Assembly (NCBI GenBank): GCA_964345385.1
Contig: CAYFQM010000003.1
Location: 1-58,342, forward strand
Direction: 5' to 3'
Length of the DNA stretch: 58,342 nt
Source: an uncultured Clostridium sp.
GTDB taxonomy: Bacteria; Bacillota_I; Bacilli_A; RF39; UBA660
Shown here: one piece after another, positions 18,110-26,456 of the stretch
Numbering within the stretch: the first letter of the stretch is position 1
Layout: each line of letters begins with the position of its first letter
Notes under the pieces: generated by a model
What the model saw: only the letters and a program-made list of their open reading frames with translations
Database searches by the model: none
Told to the model about the DNA's origin: nothing
Program-made: the position numbers and the translations under genes

Positions 18110-18588
18110 GTGTGGAGCATTATTCTAGTCAGAGAAATTATCCGAAGATGGGGCTAAAAATCCATTAATTGTGTTATAAGATACTTTATATATTTTGCTT
18201 CTTTCGCCCAGATTGGGGCATTTATATAATTTAAGATTTAAGGATGTTGTATAACGGCATATACATTAATTCCTTCTATCACATCATTTATATAAAAAAA
18301 CATATGTCGTGAGTGATCTATTGGGATATTTTATTGAAAAATAGATTGCAAAAGCGAATAACGATAGGTTTCGATGTTTGGGAAAACCTCTAGACTGTCT
18401 ATATTATAAGGATTGAAGTGCGGACTAAGTGGTGATCGAGTGATCAATGTGGCAACACTTGATTTATATTATTAAAGAGAAATCGCCTAAAGGTAACTAA
18501 AGGTTAAATATAAGAGAAAGTCAACTCGACCAAAGCCGTAAAATTAATTTATAATATTCCATACGAAAATCCCGTTGAAAGGATTATT
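18110..18588 (+). ncRNA. Unclassified structured RNA candidate or long 5-prime leader of the 18589 gene
   Basis: No ORF of 60 codons or more on either strand. My hand count is 134 G+C in 420 nt (18121-18540, about 32 percent), against 33 in 180 (about 18 percent) for the spacer 21241-21420. Local hairpins are at 18313-18349, 18366-18389 and 18442-18464; the last has a GCAA tetraloop on the plus strand only. Confidence 0.4.
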
Positions 18589-19101
18589 ATGAAAAAAGAT
18601 AATTGGATATTAAAGGCATTTTTAATGACTTTTTTTATAGCTTTATTTTTTAACGGAGCATCAAATTTAATAATTGAAAAATGTTCTTATATAGCTCTTA
18701 TTATATTATTAATATCATTTGTATTTATTGGAGTTTTTTTTGATATTATTGGAACAGCGGTACTAACTGCAAAAGAAGCTACTTTTCACGCAAAGAACTC
18801 AAAAAAAATTAAAGGGGCTGTTGAAAGTATTAAATTAATAAAATCTCAAAATCAAATTGCATCTATATGTAATGATATCATAGGAGATATATGCGGAATA
18901 ATTAGTGGATCTATTACAGCGATGTTATCAATATATATTTCTAATCACCTTAATATATCTATTATCTTAATTACGTTGATTTTATGTTCTCTTGTAAGTT
19001 CTATCACTGTTGGATGCAAAGCAATTGGAAAAAAATATGCTATTAATAATAGTGATAAAATAATAGAACAAGTTGGTAAATTTATTTCATTAATAAAATA
19101 G
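18589..19101 (+). CDS. Small membrane protein resembling a stand-alone CNNM/DUF21 transmembrane domain
   Basis: 170 aa, 4 TM. FFDIIGTAVLTAKEATFHAKNSKKIKGAVESIKLIKSQNQIASICNDIIGDICG follows the DUF21 pattern as remembered. No CBS or CorC domains follow. Confidence 0.45.
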   Translation: MKKDNWILKAFLMTFFIALFFNGASNLIIEKCSYIALIILLISFVFIGVFFDIIGTAVLTAKEATFHAKNSKKIKGAVESIKLIKSQNQIASICNDIIGDICGIISGSITAMLSIYISNHLNISIILITLILCSLVSSITVGCKAIGKKYAINNSDKIIEQVGKFISLIK

Positions 19102-19126
19102 ACTTAATTAAATAAGTCTATTTTTT
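19098..19126. terminator. Bidirectional terminator between the DUF21-like gene and the Fic gene
   Basis: atagactta attaaa taagtctat followed by ttttt. Confidence 0.7.
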
Positions 19127-19139
19127 AATTTGTTTGATT

Positions 19140-20216
19140 CTAACTAATTAATATGTCATGCATACTAATATATTTAAATGTTACTCGGTTTGTTCCTTTC
19201 CTTTTTTCTTTATATAAATAGCCTGATTCTACTAATTTATTTAAAACCTTATTTACAGAATTAATATGTAATTTAGTATCATTAACAATATCTGCTGTAG
19301 AAAAAACTATTCTTCTTATTATTGAAGGATAAACTTTATATATTGTTGTACCACCTATATCTTTTTTAAATTTTTTAATATCTCTTTCATATATTTTATT
19401 TATTTTTTTAATTTTTTTAATATTTATATTACATTGATCTATTATACATTCTAAAAAGAATTTAATAAATCTTTCAGTTTCTTTTTCATCAACTGTACTT
19501 AGTGAAGTAAAATAAGTGTTTTTTAAATTATACATACTTTCAGAAATAAACAATATTGGTGGTTCCTTTTTATATTTAGATAGTTGTAACACTAATAATA
19601 ATCTTCCTAATTTTCCATTTCCTGTTATATAAGGATGCAACCTTTCAAATTGCATATGTGAAAAAGCAACTGATATAAATGGATCATCCTCTGTTTCGTT
19701 AAAATATTCACAATAATTTTTAATATATTTATTTAGTTCATTATGAATAACAGGTATAAACGAAATACTAGATCCGGCAATGCCAGGCTTTAATAAATAT
19801 GTTTGTTTTTTTCTTAAATGACCGCTTCCTTTTATTATATTTGTCTTCTTACATCCAATAAACATCATTTTATGCATTTGATTAAGTGACAATATTGATA
19901 TATCATTTTTTATTATATTTGTAATTCCATACATAAAAGAAGATATCATATTTTTAAATTGTGTTACTTCATTATTTTTCATCATATATTGAATATAAAA
20001 CATATCTTCTTTTTCATATTTAGAATTATCTATTTTAAACGAATAAAACATTTCATTTATTAACATAGATTCTAACATTAATTTATAATCAAACGACATT
20101 GATTTTAAAAAACCTTTATACTCTCCATATACTTCATAAGCATCCATAAGTAATTTTAATGTGTTTTTATCTAAAACATATTCATATGGTAATTTTTTAG
20201 GTACATAAGCTTCCAT
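19140..20216 (-). CDS. Fic/DOC-family protein with a C-terminal winged-helix-like domain
   Basis: Fic motif region FERLHPYITGNGKLGRLLL, compared with canonical HPFx[DE]GNGRxxR. The C-terminus ...NKLVESGYLYKEKRKGTNRVTFKY looks like a wHTH. Confidence 0.85.
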   Translation of the reverse strand: MEAYVPKKLPYEYVLDKNTLKLLMDAYEVYGEYKGFLKSMSFDYKLMLESMLINEMFYSFKIDNSKYEKEDMFYIQYMMKNNEVTQFKNMISSFMYGITNIIKNDISILSLNQMHKMMFIGCKKTNIIKGSGHLRKKQTYLLKPGIAGSSISFIPVIHNELNKYIKNYCEYFNETEDDPFISVAFSHMQFERLHPYITGNGKLGRLLLVLQLSKYKKEPPILFISESMYNLKNTYFTSLSTVDEKETERFIKFFLECIIDQCNINIKKIKKINKIYERDIKKFKKDIGGTTIYKVYPSIIRRIVFSTADIVNDTKLHINSVNKVLNKLVESGYLYKEKRKGTNRVTFKYISMHDILIS

Positions 20217-20285
20217 ATTACCTCCTTATATAATAATATCACATATTAGCAAAAAATACACATATTTAATTTAAAATATGTGTAT

Positions 20286-20756
20286 TTATTTCTTTTTTTG
20301 ATTTTTCTTTACATTTTGTTTAATTGACACTTTTGTTTGAGTTGGTTTTATTTTAGTTTTAGTTGTTTTAGATTTTTTAGCTATTTTGTTTTTAAACTTT
20401 AATTTTTTTTCGACTTTATCTATTATATTTTTTGTTTTTAAAATTGATTCTTTTAATATTAAATTCTTTTTATTGTCTTCTAAATTTTCTTTTTTTAGTA
20501 GATAAACACAAGCATTTATACATCCTACTAAAAAACCTAACAATATAAAAGTTGGAATAAGTATTAACCATGGTTTATACCAATAATCTAAATTAATTAA
20601 AAGTTCATTATAATATTTATTTATTTGATATATTGTATTAGGGTTTAACAAAATAAATATAATTAATAAAACTATTATAGCTTGTGCTACTGTTGTTAAA
20701 ATAACATTCAAAATCGTGCTTTCTATAACTATCTTTTCTTTTAATTTTTCTTTCAT
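20286..20756 (-). CDS. Hypothetical membrane protein with a Lys-rich C-terminal tail
   Basis: 156 aa with hydrophobic segments and a KKSKTTKTKIKPTQTKVSIKQNVKKNQKKK tail. No family recognised. Confidence 0.45.
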   Translation of the reverse strand: MKEKLKEKIVIESTILNVILTTVAQAIIVLLIIFILLNPNTIYQINKYYNELLINLDYWYKPWLILIPTFILLGFLVGCINACVYLLKKENLEDNKKNLILKESILKTKNIIDKVEKKLKFKNKIAKKSKTTKTKIKPTQTKVSIKQNVKKNQKKK

Positions 20757-20803
20757 TATTTCCTCTTATTTTATAATATCAAATTTACATTTTTTTTACA
20801 ACT

Positions 20804-21163
20804 TTAATAAGGATTTGGATATTCAAATAACCCAAAACCTTCCCCTGATAACCAATATATTTTATTTCCTCTTATTTTCAACTTATATATTATTTTATAT
20901 TTAACTTCTTTTTCATTTGAAAAAATATAAACTATTGTTGTTTCGCCATTTTTCCTCGGTTTAAATACCCACTTATCCTCTTCTTTTGATTCTAAAGTTA
21001 ATATATTATTAGAAATAAAATAATTCCACTTGTAACCTTCCTCTTTAAAATTATATTTTATTGTAAAAGTGTCTTTATATATTTTTAAATATCTTGGTTT
21101 ATATAAAAAAATACCTATGCAAATTATAAAAGTTACAATAAACATAAAATATATTTTTTTCAT
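20804..21163 (-). CDS. Hypothetical small secreted or anchored protein
   Basis: Start moved to the ATG at 21161-21163, behind a GGAGAAAT SD. MKKIYFMFIVTFIICIGIF signal anchor followed by a beta-rich domain. No family recognised. Confidence 0.45.
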   Translation of the reverse strand: MKKIYFMFIVTFIICIGIFLYKPRYLKIYKDTFTIKYNFKEEGYKWNYFISNNILTLESKEEDKWVFKPRKNGETTIVYIFSNEKEVKYKIIYKLKIRGNKIYWLSGEGFGLFEYPNPY

Positions 21164-21645
21164 ATTTCTCCTTAAACAAAAAGTAACCAATTCTGATAAA
21201 ATTTAGTTACTTCGAGTTTTACCAAATAATTAAATCATTAATACTAAATGCTTAAATTTAATATTAATTTTACTATATATTATCAGTATATAGTATAATT
21301 ACTAATCATTTTGAGTTTTCTTTCTCAATGAAATTCCATACGACCATAGTAGATTAGATTTCTAGCTTAATTTAATAAGCGTATAATTTATTCTATATCT
21401 TTATAATAAATTTAGTATTACTAGTAAATTCAAATTAATGAAAATGTTCGTAACCTATTAGATATTACATATTAACATAAAACAAATTAATTTAGAAATT
21501 TTTTGACTAATAAACAATATGTTACTTAAATATATAAAGAGATTATCTAAATATAAAAAAGCACTTATATTTGTTTATCTTTAGGTCTAATTATATTTTA
21601 AAGTATTATTTTCAATTTGTCAACATATTTTTTAAATATTTTACA

Positions 21646-23154
21646 TTATGTTTTTTTATCCTTTAATAATTTATTTTTATTAATATATGTTGAATGCAAC
21701 AATTCTTGCGCTTTTTCACTATATGAAGAATCTAAATACTCTTTAAATAGTTTCTTTACACTCTCATTTTCATGTGAACTTTTATGTTTTTGGTTTTTAT
21801 CTAATGCATATAATTTGTTTTTTCTAGAAGTAATAATTTCTTCTCTATTTGATATTGGATGTATTTTTTGTCCTCCACCAGAAACACATCCATTTTCACA
21901 ATACATTATCTCTAAAAGATGATATTTTTTATATTCATTATTTTCAATGAAATTTTTTAAATTATGTATTCCATTTATTACCGCTACTTTTATTTTTGTT
22001 TTATCTAGTTCTATAGTGGCAGTTTTAATACCTTTATTTTCTCTTAAAGGACTTAATGTCAAAGAAGAATCTGAAGCTTTTTTTCCAACAATTACTTTAT
22101 GTAATGTTCTTAGCATCCCCTCTGTAAAGCCTCCTGATATATTATATAAGTAACTAGAACCCGTATGCTCAGATAATTCACTATCATATGAAGATTCTGC
22201 TTGTGATAATAAACTTATTCCTTCTTCTTTCATAAGTGCTTCTAATTCTTTAACTGTCATTACATAATCTACTTCATCAATATATTCTTTTATTTGCATT
22301 TTTTCTGATAAACATGTTGTAATAGAAACTATTAATATTCTTGATGAATCTATCCCTTTTTTTTCAGCAAAATAAGTTTTTATTAATTTACTTTCTATTG
22401 CTGGTGGATTTTTACAAGTGGATAAATTTTTTAATAAAAATGGATAATATATTTCTAAGTACTTTATAGTTGCGGGGCAATTACTATTTATAAATGGTAG
22501 TGTTCCTTCTTTTGTTTTATTACCAAATTCATTTACACTCTCTATTATAGATAAATCACAAGCAAAAGAAGTATCTAATACATAATCAAATCCTAACTTC
22601 CTTAATGCTGATACTATTTTTTTATCAATATTGTCTATTTCTTCATTATATAATTCACTTAATATGACTTTTACAATTGGATTAGTAATTGCTATAACAA
22701 TCTTCTCATTTCTATCTATTATATCTTTTACTTCTCTATAAGTTGTTTTTTGAATTAATGCTGAAGCCGGACAATTTTGAACACATTTTCCGCAAGAAGT
22801 ACATATAGGTTCATTAACTTCTTTTAAATTATAGTTTATACAAGCTTCTTCTTCACATGTTGTTTTACATTTTCCACACTCTATACATTTTTCTCTTATT
22901 CTTTCTATACTTTGATTAATATCACTTATTATTATCTTATTTTCGTTATCTAAATTGATTATTTTATTTGTTTTATTTTCGTCCACTTCATCAACAACCG
23001 AATCAATAATCGCCTCAAGATCATCATCAATGATGTTTTCTTCACATCTAACAAACATTTCTTTAGAAGAAAAACACATAGGACATTTATAATTTTCTCC
23101 TAATTCACTGCTTTTTACTATATAATTACAATTATTACATCTATATTTATTCAT
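21646..23154 (-). CDS. [FeFe]-hydrogenase-like protein: N-terminal rubredoxin-like Cys4, 2x[4Fe-4S] ferredoxin, H-domain with variant motifs
   Basis: YRCNNCNY...CPMC; CIECGKCKTTC and CTSCGKCVQNCP; INSNCPAT (versus TSCCPxW); ITTCLSEK (versus MPCxxK); EIMYCENGCVSGGGQ (versus ExMxCxxGCxxGGGQ). Start set at the ATG at 23152-23154, which has an AAGGA SD. Confidence 0.8.
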   Translation of the reverse strand: MNKYRCNNCNYIVKSSELGENYKCPMCFSSKEMFVRCEENIIDDDLEAIIDSVVDEVDENKTNKIINLDNENKIIISDINQSIERIREKCIECGKCKTTCEEEACINYNLKEVNEPICTSCGKCVQNCPASALIQKTTYREVKDIIDRNEKIVIAITNPIVKVILSELYNEEIDNIDKKIVSALRKLGFDYVLDTSFACDLSIIESVNEFGNKTKEGTLPFINSNCPATIKYLEIYYPFLLKNLSTCKNPPAIESKLIKTYFAEKKGIDSSRILIVSITTCLSEKMQIKEYIDEVDYVMTVKELEALMKEEGISLLSQAESSYDSELSEHTGSSYLYNISGGFTEGMLRTLHKVIVGKKASDSSLTLSPLRENKGIKTATIELDKTKIKVAVINGIHNLKNFIENNEYKKYHLLEIMYCENGCVSGGGQKIHPISNREEIITSRKNKLYALDKNQKHKSSHENESVKKLFKEYLDSSYSEKAQELLHSTYINKNKLLKDKKT

Positions 23155-23203
23155 GTTTTTTTCCTTTTTCAAAATGTATTATAACATATTAACATTAAAG
23201 TTA

Positions 23204-23983
23204 TTAATTATTTTTTATTTTTTCATAATACTTACTATAATTAAACCCTTCACTTTCAAATTTTATATAAGTCACCTTTTTATCGTTAACAATCAAAATG
23301 GTTGGTTTTTCAGATATATATATTTCTTTTTTTAATGGAAAATTATTATTAATATTATGAAGTTTTTCAATAGTGTTTTTTTCAATGTCAGTTGTATCTA
23401 TATAATATATATTTTTAAAATTAACAAATAATTTTTCTACCAAATCATATAATATAACACATTCAACATTATTACAATTATCACTTTTCATAATATATAT
23501 TTGTTTTTCTTTTTTATCATAGTTTTCTAATATTTTATTTATAGGAACTTCTATAACTTCTAATAATTGTTTTTTAGAATTTATATATTCAGTAACACTA
23601 TAATTATAATGCTCCTTAAACTCTATATTTAAAGCCTCTTCCGGAGATAAATAAAATCTTTTTTCTTTATTATTAATATTTAATATTATATTTCTTTCTC
23701 TTATTCTTTTTATTTTTTTTTTTTATTTACAATTTGAATTTATTTTTTTTTTTTTGCTATTATAGTTATATCTTGTACAACCGTTAATAATATTATTACT
23801 TTGATATTTAATATAATTATCTATATAAAACACATCAAAAAATCCTGTTTTTATATCATAAGAATACCAATGTTTATTTTTAATTTTAGAATTTAAAGGA
23901 ATATTTAAAAATAGATATATACCTAATATTAATGATATACCTATAAAAAGCGAAATTATTCGTATTATTTTATCATCATTCAT
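23204..23983 (-). pseudogene. Membrane-anchored protein frame interrupted by a single in-frame TAA (23723-23725); the C-terminal part may be thioredoxin-fold-like
   Basis: The track ORFs 23723-23983 and 23204-23491 share a frame. I hand-translated 23492-23722 and found 77 codons with no stop and no ATG/GTG/TTG. T12 (23713-23724) and T13 (23743-23755) runs flank the stop. Confidence 0.45.
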
Positions 23984-23996
23984 ATCTATATACTAA

Positions 23997-24030
23997 CAAA
24001 AAAGAAGAAACTATTCAATTCCTTCTTTTT
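23997..24030 (-). terminator. rpmE terminator
   Basis: Minus strand reads aagaagga attgaatag tttcttctt followed by tttttt. Confidence 0.6.
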
Positions 24031-24069
24031 GTTTTGATTTTTCTTATCTATTAAAAACAAATATAACTA

Positions 24070-24270
24070 TTACTCTGTGATACCATATTTATCTCTGAAT
24101 TTTTGTACATTCCCTGTCTTTGTAGTTTTAAATTTTCCCGTATAAAAAGAATGACATTTAGGACAACTCTCCACATGAAACTCTTCTTTATTAGACATTA
24201 TTTCAAATTCATTTCCACATGCACATTTAACATGACATTTTTTTTGAGTTGGATGTACTCCTTTTTTCAT
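24070..24270 (-). CDS. rpmE: 50S ribosomal protein L31
   Basis: Start at the ATG at 24268-24270, behind a GGAGGAAAAA SD. MKKGVHP...CACGNEF...CPKCHSFYTGK. Confidence 0.9.
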   Translation of the reverse strand: MKKGVHPTQKKCHVKCACGNEFEIMSNKEEFHVESCPKCHSFYTGKFKTTKTGNVQKFRDKYGITE

Positions 24271-24369
24271 TTTTTCCTCCTTTGCTGTAACTAACAATTT
24301 AAATTATAGTAAATTACTTCAAATGGTATTATATATTTTTTAAAAGATAAATGCAAGCTTTTTTTAAAT

Positions 24370-25623
24370 TTATTCTATTATTTCTATTTTTGCACCTAAT
24401 TTTTTTAATTTTTCTTTTAATTTTCCATATCCCCTTAAAATATGTTCACAATTATTAATTGTTGTTTTTCCCTTAGCAATTAATCCCGCAATCATTAAAG
24501 ATGCTCCTCCTCTTAAATCATTTACTTCTACTTCTTTACCAATCAATTCGGAAGGGCCAATTATTTCTAACTTTTGATTAGTAATTATTCTTGTGGTTGC
24601 ACCCATTTCATTAAGATATGTAGTGTTTTTAAATCTATTTTCATAAATAGTTTCTTCTATTAAACTTCTACCTATACTTTGAGTTAACAATGTTGTTATA
24701 GGTTGTTGTAAATCAGTTGGAAAACCAGGATATGCTTGTGTTTTTATTTTAACGTTTTTTAAATTTTCGCACTTACTAATTGTTATAGTATCTTTATTGC
24801 ACTTATATTCAACCCCTATTTCTTTTAGTTTGCTTAATAAGGACTCTACATGATTTTTAATGATTCCCACAATTTTCATATTATCCCCTAGTAATGCCCC
24901 TATTATTAAATAAGTTCCAGCCTCAATTCTATCTGGAAATACATCAATCGCACCATTAGACAACGCTATATTTCCCTCTATTTCTATTTTTGACGTACCC
25001 GCTCCTCTTATTTTAGCCCCCATACTTATCAAAAATGAAGCCACATTAACTATTTCTGGTTCTCTAGCAGCATTTTCTATTATTGTTAGTCCTTCTGCTC
25101 CTGTTGCTGCCATCATAATATTTATAGTTGCTCCCACACTAGGAAAATCAAAATATATTTTAGCACCTTTTAACTTTTTCGTTGTAATAATATATCTGTT
25201 TTTTACTTGTTCAACTTTTGCACCTAATGCTTCAAATCCTTTTATATGTATATCAATAGGTCTTGCTCCTATATTACATCCTCCAGGAAAAGATATTTCC
25301 ACTTTCTTTTTCTTAGCTAATAGCGCTCCCATAAAATAATATGATGCTCTCATTTGCATACTTAATTCTTCTGGAATAGGTGCGTTTTTTACATTAGATG
25401 AATCTATATATAAAGTATCATCCTTATGCTCTATTTTACAATTTAATAATTCCATAATTTGAATTAAATATTCTATGTCTGATAATTCAGGAACATTATA
25501 TATTACACATTTCCCTGTTGATAATAATGAAGCTGGTATTAAAGCAACAGCACTATTTTTAGCGCCACTTATCTTTACAGTCCCACTAAGTGTTCTTCCA
25601 CCTTCAATAATCATTTTTGTCAT
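24370..25623 (-). CDS. murA: UDP-N-acetylglucosamine 1-carboxyvinyltransferase
   Basis: 417 aa. ISGAKNSAVALIPASLL, PGGCNIGARPID (active-site Cys), and LRGGASL. Confidence 0.95.
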   Translation of the reverse strand: MTKMIIEGGRTLSGTVKISGAKNSAVALIPASLLSTGKCVIYNVPELSDIEYLIQIMELLNCKIEHKDDTLYIDSSNVKNAPIPEELSMQMRASYYFMGALLAKKKKVEISFPGGCNIGARPIDIHIKGFEALGAKVEQVKNRYIITTKKLKGAKIYFDFPSVGATINIMMAATGAEGLTIIENAAREPEIVNVASFLISMGAKIRGAGTSKIEIEGNIALSNGAIDVFPDRIEAGTYLIIGALLGDNMKIVGIIKNHVESLLSKLKEIGVEYKCNKDTITISKCENLKNVKIKTQAYPGFPTDLQQPITTLLTQSIGRSLIEETIYENRFKNTTYLNEMGATTRIITNQKLEIIGPSELIGKEVEVNDLRGGASLMIAGLIAKGKTTINNCEHILRGYGKLKEKLKKLGAKIEIIE

Positions 25624-25682
25624 AAAGTTCCTCCTACTAATAATATACTATTTTTTTAATTATTAATCAATGAATGAACCAT

Positions 25683-26456
25683 TTATTTTTTGTTTTCAAT
25701 AAAAACAAATCTTTCTTTACCACTATAATCTTTTTCAATTGATATATTACAATTATAGATATTATCTTTTATTATTTTTATAATTTGTTGATGTTGATTT
25801 TCTCCTATTTCTAAACAAACCAAATATTTTTCTTTTAAATATTTACTAATATTTTTAATTATTTTTTCATAAAAATATAGTCCGTCATTTGAGGCATAAA
25901 GAGCAAGGGAAGGTTCATATTTTTTAACTGATTCTTGTACTATATCTTTTTCTTTATCTATATATGGAGGATTTGAAATTATTACATCAAATTTTTGTTT
26001 AATGTTTGAAAATAAATCACTTTCTATATAATTTATTTTTACATTATTAATTTTTTTATTTTTTTTTGCTATTAACAAAGCTTTTTTTGATATATCTGAA
26101 GCATACATATTACAATTCATATTTTTTTTAAGTGCTACTGCAATACATCCGCTTCCTGTGCATAAGTCTAATATATCAATTTTTTTATTATATTTTTCTG
26201 TTATTTTTTTTATTGTTTTCTCTACCAACTGTTCTGTTTCAAATCGTGGTATTAAAACATTTCTATTTACATATATTTTATAACCATAAAAATCTACATT
26301 TCCAATCAAATATTGTATAGGATATTTTTCAAGTAATAATTCATAATCTTTTTCTATATTTTTTGATACATCTATTAATTTTTTTGCTTCTGCTTTTGAA
26401 TAATTCAACTGTATAATTTTATCTAGCATTTTCTTCTTCCATTTTAATACGCTCAT
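25683..26456 (-). CDS. prmC: Release-factor glutamine N5-methyltransferase
   Basis: DLCTGSGCIA SAM motif and ISNPPYI. The start is uncertain: ATG at 26456, or ATG at 26429 overlapping the prfA stop. Confidence 0.85.
   Translation of the reverse strand: MSVLKWKKKMLDKIIQLNYSKAEAKKLIDVSKNIEKDYELLLEKYPIQYLIGNVDFYGYKIYVNRNVLIPRFETEQLVEKTIKKITEKYNKKIDILDLCTGSGCIAVALKKNMNCNMYASDISKKALLIAKKNKKINNVKINYIESDLFSNIKQKFDVIISNPPYIDKEKDIVQESVKKYEPSLALYASNDGLYFYEKIIKNISKYLKEKYLVCLEIGENQHQQIIKIIKDNIYNCNISIEKDYSGKERFVFIENKK

Noticed and set aside
18110-18588. Possible RNase P RNA (AGAGAAAGUCAAC at 18503 resembles the GAGGAAAGUCC P4 strand) or tmRNA
   Set aside because: The P4-like word lies at the 3-prime end instead of near the 5-prime end, and I found no matching 3-prime P4 strand (..GGCUUACAGAA). 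For tmRNA there is no GGUUCGAnUCC T-arm, no xCUCCACCA 3-prime end on the correct strand and no plausible tag ORF. I therefore left the region unclassified rather than naming it.
17292-18588. T-box leader for argS or for the DUF975-argS unit
   Set aside because: Only 73 nt separate argS from the DUF975 gene, and those are filled by a terminator and a promoter. On the minus strand of 18013-18588 I could not find the GGGUGGUACCGCG T-box sequence. The closest plus-strand word (AAGUGGUGAUCGAG) is a weak match.
21191-21645. 455-bp spacer between the hydrogenase-like gene and the small-protein/Fic cluster, examined for RNA genes, small ORFs or repeats
   Set aside because: It is very AT-rich (about 18 percent G+C in the part I counted). 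I saw no convincing hairpins, repeats or SD-preceded ORFs. It is probably just terminator and promoter space, though it marks the edge of the accessory block.
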